Origin: Chthonomonadales bacterium
Lineage (GTDB): Bacteria; Armatimonadota; Chthonomonadetes; Chthonomonadales; CAJBBX01
Assembly (NCBI GenBank): GCA_049967475.1
Contig: JBMFSQ010000022.1
Span: 24,706-58,324 of the forward strand
Direction of reading: 5' to 3'
Length of the DNA stretch: 33,619 nucleotides
Part shown: in pieces, positions 9,452 through 18,147 of the stretch
How the letters are laid out: every line of letters starts with the position of its first letter
How positions within the stretch are numbered: position 1 is the stretch's first letter
Notes under the pieces: model-generated
What the model was told of the DNA's origin: nothing
What the model saw: the letters and a program-made list of their open reading frames with translations, nothing else
Databases searched by the model: none
Made by a program: the position numbers and the translations under genes

Positions 9452-10357
9452 CTAGCCCTGGGGCCGGTTCAAGAGGCCGTAATCTGCCATGGCCTTGGTG
9501 ATGATGGCGCGTTCCGCCTCGGTTGCTTCTACCAAAGGCAGGCGCGGCGCACCCACCGGAATGCCCAGCAGGTTCAGGGCCGCCTTTACCGGCACGGGAC
9601 TGGGCGTACTCGGCTGGAAGCAGGCTTTCACAATGGGAAGCATGGCAGCGTGGAGCCGTGCAGCCTCAGCGAGATCCCCGGCCAGAAACGCTGCGTGCAT
9701 GCGCTTCAGGTCGGCTCCTACGAGGTGCGAAGTGACGCTCACTACGCCGTATCCGCCTAGAGCCAGAATGGGCAGCACGAGGCCATCCTCTCCGCTGTAC
9801 ACCCGGAAGCCCGCAGGAGCCCCGGCGATGATCTCGGACACCTGCATCAGGTTGCCGCTCGCTTCTTTCACTGCTACGATATTGGGGACGTCGCGGGCGA
9901 GGCGCAGAACCGTAGCGGCCTCGATGTTGACGGAGGTACGGCCGGGCACGTTATAGATCATCACCGGTATCGGCACGGCTTCGGCAATGGCCCGAAAGTG
10001 CCGGTAAAGGCCCTCCTGTGAGGGTTTGTTGTAGTAAGGTGCCACCAACAGGATGCCGTCTACTCCCAGCCGGGCGGCCGCCTGTGAAAGCGCCACTGCC
10101 TCCGCGGTGTTGTTGCCTCCCGTTCCTGCAATCACGGCTGCGCGGTCCCCAGCGGCTTCCTTGACTAGCGAGAAGAGGGCGAGTTTTTCGTCGCGCGTAA
10201 GAGTGGGCGACTCGCCCGTGGTGCCGGAAGGCACAAGGCCGTCGGAACCATGCGCCAAAAGGTACTCCACAAGCCGGGGCACAGCCGCCTTATCAAGGCT
10301 CCCATCGGCTGCGAAGGGAGTGACCATTGCAGTTAGAACACGACCCCATTCTCGCAT
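9452..10357 (-). CDS. dapA: 4-hydroxy-tetrahydrodipicolinate synthase
   Basis: TAMVTPF, GTTGESPTL, PYYNKP, YNVPGRT, catalytic Lys in VKEASG. Start moved to ATG 10357 (SD GAGGT). Confidence 0.96.
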   Translation of the reverse strand: MREWGRVLTAMVTPFAADGSLDKAAVPRLVEYLLAHGSDGLVPSGTTGESPTLTRDEKLALFSLVKEAAGDRAAVIAGTGGNNTAEAVALSQAAARLGVDGILLVAPYYNKPSQEGLYRHFRAIAEAVPIPVMIYNVPGRTSVNIEAATVLRLARDVPNIVAVKEASGNLMQVSEIIAGAPAGFRVYSGEDGLVLPILALGGYGVVSVTSHLVGADLKRMHAAFLAGDLAEAARLHAAMLPIVKACFQPSTPSPVPVKAALNLLGIPVGAPRLPLVEATEAERAIITKAMADYGLLNRPQG

Positions 10358-10494
10358 GTTGCCTGAACCTCGATCTTGCCCGGTTGTTTTCTTGATACCG
10401 GCGGAACTGACTGGGAGGGTGTTTTTTTCCCGTGCCTCCCCTTTTGGGCCCAATGTTACGACCGCCAAGCGGAGCGGTGGGAGGGTTGCCTCGT

Positions 10495-11511
10495 TTACAG
10501 GGCTCCGCGACGGATCAGCTCTTCAGCAATTTGAATGCCGTTCAGCGCCGCCCCCTTAAGTAGCTGATCGCCGGACACGAACATCTCGAGTGCGCGCTCG
10601 TTGGAAAGGTCTCTCCTGATGCGGCCCACGAGCACATCATTGCCGCCGGATGCCTCGATGGGCATGGGGAAGTGATTGGCGGCGGGGTCTTCTACCACGC
10701 GAACCCCTGGAAATGCGGCCAAAGCCCTCCGGGCATCCTCCGGGGACGGAACTGCTTCGCGGAATTCAACGTTTATGGCCTCGGAGTGTGCTCGGAGTAC
10801 GGGGACCCGCACGCATGTAGCCGTCAGGCGGAGCGCATCGTCGTGGAGGATCTTTCGCGTTTCCTGGATCATTTTGCGCTCCTCTTCGTTGTATCCGTCC
10901 GCGCCTACAGTGGAGTTGTGCAGGAATAGGTTGAACGCGATGGGGTGGGGGAAGACATTAGGCTCGGGAGCCTTTCCCTGCAGAACTTGTTCGGTTTGGG
11001 TGACCAGCTCGCGCATGGCAGCAGCTCCGGCACCGCTGGCTGCCTGGTATGTGGAGACCACGATCCTGCGCACCTTCCATGAGGCGTGGAGGGGCGCCAC
11101 AGCCATCAGGAGAATGATCGTAGAGCAATTGGGGTTCGCGATGATGCCGTGATGGTCTGCCAGATCCTCGGCGTTGATTTCGGGAATTACCAAGGGCGTT
11201 TGAGCGTCCATCCGGAAGGCAGACGAATTGTCTATCACCACGGCTCCGGCCCGAGCAGCAGCGGGGGCGAATTCTTTGCTGCGCGCACCTCCCGCGGAGA
11301 AGAAGGCGATATCGCATCCTTCAAAAGAGCGCTCCGTGAGCCGTTCCACTTTATGCGCCTCGCCGCGAAAACGAAGGACCTGGCCTTCAGAACGGCTGGA
11401 TGCCAGAAGTTTCAGCGAAGATACGGGGAAATCACGGTCTTCCAGCAGGCGCAGAAACTCTTTACCCACGGCACCCGTAGCGCCGGCGATGGCTACGTGA
11501 TACGTCTTCAC
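10495..11511 (-). CDS. asd: Aspartate-semialdehyde dehydrogenase
   Basis: GATGAVG Rossmann motif, IDNSSAFRM, catalytic IIANPNCST, TCVRVPV, KGAALN. Confidence 0.97.
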   Translation of the reverse strand: MKTYHVAIAGATGAVGKEFLRLLEDRDFPVSSLKLLASSRSEGQVLRFRGEAHKVERLTERSFEGCDIAFFSAGGARSKEFAPAAARAGAVVIDNSSAFRMDAQTPLVIPEINAEDLADHHGIIANPNCSTIILLMAVAPLHASWKVRRIVVSTYQAASGAGAAAMRELVTQTEQVLQGKAPEPNVFPHPIAFNLFLHNSTVGADGYNEEERKMIQETRKILHDDALRLTATCVRVPVLRAHSEAINVEFREAVPSPEDARRALAAFPGVRVVEDPAANHFPMPIEASGGNDVLVGRIRRDLSNERALEMFVSGDQLLKGAALNGIQIAEELIRRGAL

Positions 11512-11690
11512 AATCGCAAAACCTCGATGATGTCAGAACTCGGGAATCATATGATACCCGAAGAGGCGCTGCACGCTTTGTGTTCCTCGGGACGCAGCGT
11601 CGGAGCCTTTCCATCTGACCAGAGGCTTGCGGGAAGGGCAGGATGCGGCGATGGAAAACCGGTGCGAAGATTGCGCAGGGGCTGGCCCTG

Positions 11691-13031
11691 TTAGGCGCCA
11701 CAGGTGTCTCCGGCAAGCACCCGTCGGATGGTGCGCTGGAAGAACGGCAGGGTGTCCCGCCAAAGACATGCGGCGAAGGCTGCGTCGGCAACAGCGAGGA
11801 ATGCACCGGGCCAATAGAAATAGTGGCGCCCTCCGTACTGCAGGATTGGGAGGAAACTCATGAGCATGAGGCTTGCCGCCAACAGACCTGGCTCCTCCCG
11901 GCGGTGCCGCCAGAAGACGAGCGGCGCCCAGAGGTACAGGATTACGGCGGCGAGAGAAGCAAAGCTATCGGGAAGGAAGATCAGGGCCCACGTGCCTTCG
12001 GATCCCACATATTGCGCGCAGAGGCACGCGGCTGTGAGGTCTGCCAAGGCAATCACCCAGAAGGGCCACTTGCGCAACTTGCCCACTCCGGTGAGGATCA
12101 GGATGGCGGCGGCGGCTGCGACCGGCCACCAGATGCCCGCAAACAAGAGTGCGCCGACGGGACCTGCCCATTCATGGATCCATTTGCGCAGGATGACCAT
12201 GCGCCCCATGACCGGTCCCCAGGCATGGGGTACGCACACGCTTCGCACGATCCAGAGAACGGCTCCGGCCGCCGCAAAGGCAGTGATCCCCAAGACGCTA
12301 TAGGTGCGCCGGTACAGGAGCACCGCCATCGCCATGGGTATGGTGATGTAACCCATCTCTTTGGAACCCACCGAGGCGGCAAGAGCGAGCACCGATGCCG
12401 CCACAAGGATGGGTTTGCGGTTCAGAAGCGCCGCATCCAGAAGGATCAGGCATAGTAAGGCAAAGGTAAGGCTGAGCACATCGTTCTGGGCCGGCCACCA
12501 CGTAAGGGAACGGCTGACGGCGAAGTACATCGTGTTGGCCGGTGTAGCGAAGAAGACCACTGCCACAAGGCCGAACAAGCACCTTCTTAAGCCGTGGCGA
12601 TTGAGCAGGGACACAGTCAAAATATAAACGAGGAATGCATTGATCACGTGGAGCGCCAAGGAAACCCGATCCCATGCCGTGAAGTTGGTTCCGAATGCCC
12701 GGCACTCCATGAAGAAGAGCATGCTCGTAATGGGGCGATAGTAGGGAACGCGCGGATAGATCCACGAGCCGGTCCACCATTTGGGAATATCGCTCCAAGA
12801 GGCGGCGCATGCTGCATAATAGAGGTTGTGGATATCTTCTGGGCGTCGGAGCTCCAATTCCGCACCGCCAGGGGGCCAGCCTACTGCTGGGGCTCGGGAA
12901 TATGCCAAGCAAAGAGCAACGAGGCCACAGACCATGTGGGTTGCGGCCGGATAGCGCGACGGCAAGGAGGCCACTGCACACCATGCCGCTCGGAGTCGCG
13001 CGAACCAGCGGTAGCCTGAAGCCGATGCCAT
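11691..13031 (-). CDS. Polytopic membrane protein, GT-C fold (PMT/TMTC-like glycosyltransferase)
   Basis: YYRPI...FG...SLALHVINAFLVY signature, later SKEMG and RHYFYWP motifs, about 11-12 hydrophobic segments. Start moved to ATG 13031 because the longer ORF overlaps znuC. Confidence 0.65.
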   Translation of the reverse strand: MASASGYRWFARLRAAWCAVASLPSRYPAATHMVCGLVALCLAYSRAPAVGWPPGGAELELRRPEDIHNLYYAACAASWSDIPKWWTGSWIYPRVPYYRPITSMLFFMECRAFGTNFTAWDRVSLALHVINAFLVYILTVSLLNRHGLRRCLFGLVAVVFFATPANTMYFAVSRSLTWWPAQNDVLSLTFALLCLILLDAALLNRKPILVAASVLALAASVGSKEMGYITIPMAMAVLLYRRTYSVLGITAFAAAGAVLWIVRSVCVPHAWGPVMGRMVILRKWIHEWAGPVGALLFAGIWWPVAAAAAILILTGVGKLRKWPFWVIALADLTAACLCAQYVGSEGTWALIFLPDSFASLAAVILYLWAPLVFWRHRREEPGLLAASLMLMSFLPILQYGGRHYFYWPGAFLAVADAAFAACLWRDTLPFFQRTIRRVLAGDTCGA

Positions 13032-13095
13032 ATACACCCCAAGGTTCGATCGCCGCGGCGATGTGTCCTGCGTCGGAGCCGCGAGGAGTTCTACA

Positions 13096-13815
13096 GTGCC
13101 GATCTTGAGCGTGAAAGGCCTAAAGGTTGTCGTTGGGGGGCGGGTGCTTTTGGAGCACGTGAGCCTCACGGTTGATCGCGGGGAGATCGTCGCGCTCATC
13201 GGTCCGAACGGTGCCGGCAAGACGACGCTTCTCAAAGCCATCCTTGGGCTGATCCCGTTAACGGCGGGGGAGGTGCTGCTGTTCGGCAAGCCTCTGAATA
13301 TGCTGGGCCCCAACCGTGATCGCCTAGGCTATGTGCCCCAAAACATGGAGCTGGATCGGAGCGTGCCCATCACGGTGGAGGAACTCATCGGCGTCTACAC
13401 TCCACGCCGGTACTTGGGCCCCGGGGCCATACGCAGGGCTCTTGCCGAAGTAGATGCCGAGCGGCTTGCGCGCCAGCGCGTGGGGGCTCTTTCTGGCGGT
13501 GAACTGCAGCGCGTGTTGATCGCTATGAGCCTTTTGAGAGATCCTGCCTTGCTTTTTCTGGATGAACCGGCCACGGGCGTGGACCGGGAGGGCCAAAAAC
13601 TGCTTTACGACACGTTGGAGCACTTGCGCAGTGAGCGCGGGATTGCCGTCCTGATGGTGTCGCACGATTTTTCGGTAGTCTATCGTCACGCATCCCGCGT
13701 TGTGTGCATTAACCGGCGGCTCATGTGTGCCGGCATCCCCAGCGAGGTCCTCACCGAGGAGACGCTGGAACATCTGTACGGGCACGAAGCGGCCCTGTAT
13801 GAGCACCACGACTGA
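13096..13815 (+). CDS. znuC: Zn/Mn ABC transporter ATP-binding protein
   Basis: Walker A GPNGAGKTT, GYVPQ, LSGGELQR, LDEPATGVD, VSHD; His-rich tail. GTG start after SD GAGGAG. Confidence 0.9.
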   Translation: MPILSVKGLKVVVGGRVLLEHVSLTVDRGEIVALIGPNGAGKTTLLKAILGLIPLTAGEVLLFGKPLNMLGPNRDRLGYVPQNMELDRSVPITVEELIGVYTPRRYLGPGAIRRALAEVDAERLARQRVGALSGGELQRVLIAMSLLRDPALLFLDEPATGVDREGQKLLYDTLEHLRSERGIAVLMVSHDFSVVYRHASRVVCINRRLMCAGIPSEVLTEETLEHLYGHEAALYEHHD

Positions 13816-14032
13816 TCGGCGCGTTCATCGGCGTGGAGGGGGCGCCGGTGCGATCCTGCACCGCAGGCCGGGAGCCGCATCGTGCGATTGTCGTGCACAC
13901 GCAAAGGACGAGGATTACGGGGCGTGCAGACGATATCGTGCTGAGTGACGCGGGTTGCCCGAGGCGACGTCCTAGGGAATGGCCCCAAGTACGCAGCGGG
14001 GCAAGGCACGAGACAGGAGATTTGGTGCTGTC

Positions 14033-14824
14033 ATGGGATTGGAATACCCGTTTATGCAGCGGGCGCTGATGGTCAGCTTGCTGATGGGCACCCTCTGTCC
14101 ATTGCTGGGCGTTTTTGTGGTGATCCGCAGGATGTCGTTCTTTGGCGATGCCATAGCCCATTCGGCATTCACAGGCATCGCGCTCGGGCTTCTCCTGGGA
14201 GTGGACCCATCCCTCTCGTCCGTGGCGTTCGCTGTTCTCATCGCGTTGGGAATGGGAGCGCTTCAGGCGCGTTCTTCAATCCCGTCCGATACCATCATCG
14301 GCGTCTTCTTCGCCGGAGCAGCAGCGCTTGGCATCCTCCTGATCGGGTTGTTGCAGGGCTACCGCACGAACCTTTTCGCCTACCTTTTCGGCGATGTTCT
14401 AACCGTCAGCAGGGGGGATCTGGCGGCGGCGGCAATCCTGCTGGGCGGTGTCGCTATAGCAGTGCTCATTCTGAGGCGCCCGTTGTTGCAGGTAGCCCTC
14501 AACCGGGATTTGGCGGCGGTGCATGGTGCGCGGGTTGCCGCCGTAGAATATGCCCTCATGGTCCTTTTGGCCGTGACCGTGGCTATGAGCATCAAACTCG
14601 TCGGCATTATTCTGGTAACGGCTCTCCTGATTATACCGGCCGCTGCCGCACGCAATGTGAGCCGTTCGATCCGCCAGGTGTTTGCTTTCGCTTTGGCGGC
14701 GGGAGTGATTTCGGCCGTTTTGGGGCTGCTGGCGTCCTACCAACTGAACACTGCGTCCGGCCCCACGATTGTGATGGTGTCTATCGTCCTCTTCATTGCC
14801 TCATTGATTGGTGCAGAACGATGA
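14033..14824 (+). CDS. znuB: Zn/Mn ABC transporter permease
   Basis: PFMQRAL, RRMSFFGDAIAHSAFTG, YLFGDVL, VGIILVTALLIIPAAAA, SGPTIV. Confidence 0.92.
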   Translation: MGLEYPFMQRALMVSLLMGTLCPLLGVFVVIRRMSFFGDAIAHSAFTGIALGLLLGVDPSLSSVAFAVLIALGMGALQARSSIPSDTIIGVFFAGAAALGILLIGLLQGYRTNLFAYLFGDVLTVSRGDLAAAAILLGGVAIAVLILRRPLLQVALNRDLAAVHGARVAAVEYALMVLLAVTVAMSIKLVGIILVTALLIIPAAAARNVSRSIRQVFAFALAAGVISAVLGLLASYQLNTASGPTIVMVSIVLFIASLIGAER

Positions 14825-14930
14825 ACTGGGATACGCCGTGGCACGGGATGCGCGGGTTGAGGCGGCAGCCGGCGAGCCTGCGCGATGCGGCGGCAGCCCT
14901 TCCATCCCGGCAGAAGGAGGAATGGGGCCG

Positions 14931-17900
14931 ATGGCGGCGTTGAGACAGCGTAGAGCAGGAGTATATGGGGTGGGGAAGCCGACGTTTCTTTGGGCCATGA
15001 GCGCCGTAGTGGGAATGCTTTTTTGGCCGGCGCCGGCCGCCGTGGCTGTTGAGCGGGAGGTACTCTTCGACGGAACCGGGGCGGCTGCCTGGGACACCTC
15101 TCGCGACGCGGCACGCCTGGAGAGTGAATTCGCCCTGTCCCGCGTGATCCAGGCGACGAACCCACCCGCACTGCTCTGGCGCTTTGTGCCCAAGAACGTC
15201 CAGTTTAACGACCTTTTTCTCATGAAGCCCATCGAGCGCCCGTTCACGGCAATCCGGGTGGAGATCCGCAATGAAGGCGCAGCGTTCGAATTTGCAGCGA
15301 AAACGAGGGATGCGGATGGCGCAGAGTGGACCACGGAGCGTGTAGCCCTTCCAGCTCATTCCGATTGGCGCTGGGTGGACTTCCCGCTGCCCCAGTGGCA
15401 TGTTGCTTCATGGTCCGCCGATGCCGATGGACGGCTTGACTTTCCCTTGTCGGCGTTCACGATCATCGCTTTCGGGGTGACGCGCGGGGCAGAGTATCAG
15501 ATACGCGTAGCGCGCGTTGAGGTGATCCGGCCGGATCCTCCAGTAGCCGTTGTCGAGCGGGCGGCCTTGCCGAGGAGAGTGCGCGCCGGCGGGAACTATC
15601 CCGTACGGATTGTTTATCGCCTCAGCCGAGTGTGTACGGAACCATCCGCTGCTCTGGTGTTCAAACAGAACGGAAGGGTTCTTTTCACTCTCCCACTGAG
15701 GGGCGTAGATGTCCGGAGTGTTGAGCATGCCGGCCGTACAGCCGTAGTAAACTGCCGTATCGCCATCCCCCTGTACGCATTTGGGGGAGATTATCAGGTG
15801 TCTCTGAAGCTGGGGGAAGCGCGTATTGCTGGTGCGGGAGGCAAGCCGATGAGCATCCTTGGAACGATTTCCGTTCATCCCCGCATCCCAGGAAGGACGG
15901 TAGCCACGGTGAAGCTGTACCACGGGACGCCGACGCTCATGATCAATGGGAAGCCGTATAACGGCATGGCGTGGGCCACCTATAGCCCTAGCCAGGCCGT
16001 ATTCAAAGACTTCGCTCGGGCCGGAGTCCAGCTCTACACTTTTGCTGCGACCCCCACGGAATCGGGATACGGCCTTTCGCGAACTGCTTGGGTTGCGCCG
16101 GATCGCTACGACTTCTCTCAACTCGACGAGCGCGCCATGATGCTGCTTCAGGCCAATCCTCATGCTTACTTCTTTCCCCGCCTTTATCTCCATGCCCCCA
16201 AGTGGTGGAGCGACGCTCATCCCAACGACATTGTTCTGATGGATCCGGGCGACGGCAAGCCGGTGCCGTTCATCCATGCAGGCGGCAAACCGGCTCCCAG
16301 TTGGGCGTCCGAAGCGTGGCGAAACGCGACGTTGGAGGGGCTGCGCAAGCTGATCGAACATATCGAGGCTTCTCCCTATGCCGACCGGGTAATCGGCTAC
16401 CACATAGCCTCGGGCACCACGGAAGAGTGGATGATGTGGGGCGCGAACGAAAATGAATGGGTGGATTATTCTCCCGTGAACGAGGCCGGGTTCCGAAGGT
16501 GGCTGAGGAGGAAATACCGCACCGATGCCGGGCTGCAGAACGGATGGCACCGGAAAGACGTTACCCTGGCTACAGCCGAAATTCCCACCAAAGCCCAACG
16601 GCAGGCTGCCTCACTCGGCGCCCTCCAAGACCCTGCCAAGAACCAGGCAGTGATTGATTACAACTTGTACACGTCGGACCTTGTTGCGGACACCATCCTC
16701 ACATTCGCCCGCGGCATCAAGCAGATGACCCATGGAGAGAAGATCGTTGGCGCCTTCTACGGGTATTTGCTGCAACTGTGCGGAGAGCAGCGCCAGCAGA
16801 ATGCGGGCCATTTGGCTCTCAAGAAGGTGTTGAATTCTCCGTACATAGATTTTCTGTGCAGTCCTACCAGCTATGCTTTCCGTGAGCTTGGCGGCGAGGG
16901 AACCAGCCATTTCATGTCTCTGTTTGGGAGCGTGAAACTCCACGGCAAGCTCTGGTTCGACGAGAATGACATCCGCACCTCGCTGTCTGGGGGAGCCGTG
17001 GGACTTTGGGGCCGGCCGCCGAATGTGGAGGGCGATATCCTGCAGCAGGAAAAGGAACTCGCCGATGTTCTCACCAATGGCGCCGCCCAGTGGTGGTTCG
17101 ATGTGGGAGGTAATCGGTACGATGCTCCCCGCCTCATGGCGTGCATCAAGGGACTGGTGAAGGCGGCAAGTGCCGTGCAAACGGTGGATCGGAGCCCCGC
17201 GGATGAAGTCGCCCTGATTGTGGATGAACGCAGTCTGGCGTACCTCCGTGTGGGTGATCCCATGGGTTACGCTCTGCTCCTCGGGCAGATTCCTGCCCTC
17301 GCCAGGATCGGCGCACCTGTGGGACATTACTTAGTGTCGGATCTGCCGAAACTGCCCGGCCACAAGCTCTATCTCATCCCGACGAGTATTGCTCCCACAG
17401 AGGAAGACCGGCGTGCCGTAGAGCGCCTCAAGCGAGACGGGCACGTGCTGGTATTTGTGTGGGCGCCGGGGCTCTATCGCGACAACCGCCTCGACGACAG
17501 CGCCATGGCGCAATTTACGGGCATCGCGCTCCGCATGGAAAGGCCCGGGGAGCGTCTGCGCGTCAAACTGAAAAGCGGCGAGGGGCTTGCTGCCGGGCTC
17601 GAGCCGACTGAATATGGCGTAGATTATCCGGTTGCTCCCTCTTTCTACGCCGACGATGCCCAAGCCGAGGTCCTCGGTACTTTGCCGGACGGGCGACCAG
17701 GCCTCGTGATCAAGCGCTATCCCACGTGGACGGCCGTTTATTCTGCGGCGCCAATGCTGCCGACGTCTTTGCTTGTTCGTTTGGCGGAATTGGCCGGCGT
17801 GCACCGATACATCTCGACGCCGGACGTGGTGTGGGCAACGAAGCAGGTGCTGGCTGTGTGCGTTCGGGATAGCGGCCCCAGAGAGATCCGGCTGCGGCAT

Positions 17901-18011
17901 CCTGCCTCGTCCGTCGTAGATCTGTACACAGGACGCGAGGTTGCCGACGGGGTTCGCACCTTCACCGCCAACTTCGGTAAACTTGCCACGCGCGTCTTTT
18001 TGTTGCGGTAG
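14931..18011 (+). CDS. Large secreted glycoside hydrolase (GH42/beta-galactosidase-like TIM barrel) with N-terminal CBM-like domain and C-terminal trimerisation-like domain
   Basis: Signal-like segment, galactose-binding-like N-domain (EWTT...WRWVDFPL), RYDFSQLD, IGYHIASGTTEEW, DYSP...FRRWLRRKY, IDFLCSPTSY, LWFDENDIRT; SD AAGGAGG 10 nt before ATG 14931. Substrate unknown. Confidence 0.7.
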   Translation: MAALRQRRAGVYGVGKPTFLWAMSAVVGMLFWPAPAAVAVEREVLFDGTGAAAWDTSRDAARLESEFALSRVIQATNPPALLWRFVPKNVQFNDLFLMKPIERPFTAIRVEIRNEGAAFEFAAKTRDADGAEWTTERVALPAHSDWRWVDFPLPQWHVASWSADADGRLDFPLSAFTIIAFGVTRGAEYQIRVARVEVIRPDPPVAVVERAALPRRVRAGGNYPVRIVYRLSRVCTEPSAALVFKQNGRVLFTLPLRGVDVRSVEHAGRTAVVNCRIAIPLYAFGGDYQVSLKLGEARIAGAGGKPMSILGTISVHPRIPGRTVATVKLYHGTPTLMINGKPYNGMAWATYSPSQAVFKDFARAGVQLYTFAATPTESGYGLSRTAWVAPDRYDFSQLDERAMMLLQANPHAYFFPRLYLHAPKWWSDAHPNDIVLMDPGDGKPVPFIHAGGKPAPSWASEAWRNATLEGLRKLIEHIEASPYADRVIGYHIASGTTEEWMMWGANENEWVDYSPVNEAGFRRWLRRKYRTDAGLQNGWHRKDVTLATAEIPTKAQRQAASLGALQDPAKNQAVIDYNLYTSDLVADTILTFARGIKQMTHGEKIVGAFYGYLLQLCGEQRQQNAGHLALKKVLNSPYIDFLCSPTSYAFRELGGEGTSHFMSLFGSVKLHGKLWFDENDIRTSLSGGAVGLWGRPPNVEGDILQQEKELADVLTNGAAQWWFDVGGNRYDAPRLMACIKGLVKAASAVQTVDRSPADEVALIVDERSLAYLRVGDPMGYALLLGQIPALARIGAPVGHYLVSDLPKLPGHKLYLIPTSIAPTEEDRRAVERLKRDGHVLVFVWAPGLYRDNRLDDSAMAQFTGIALRMERPGERLRVKLKSGEGLAAGLEPTEYGVDYPVAPSFYADDAQAEVLGTLPDGRPGLVIKRYPTWTAVYSAAPMLPTSLLVRLAELAGVHRYISTPDVVWATKQVLAVCVRDSGPREIRLRHPASSVVDLYTGREVADGVRTFTANFGKLATRVFLLR

Positions 18012-18147
18012 GCGGCTTCACCCTCCCGTTCTCCTTAGAGATGGGCGGCCGGGTCCATCGGTCATCCGTTCGCTGCTCTCATGCCATGCTTTCGGCGACG
18101 CGCGGGGTTCGCCGCAATCCATATGCGGAATGCGTTACAATAGCTGC

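Noticed and set aside
11512..11690. Lysine riboswitch upstream of asd-dapA
   Set aside because: The AGAGGCGC-like start is on the plus strand, opposite to asd, and the other conserved elements are not recognisable on either strand.
13945..14943. 332-aa alternative-frame ORF
   Set aside because: Overlaps the clear znuB frame; Arg/Gly/Cys-rich composition typical of off-frame translation.
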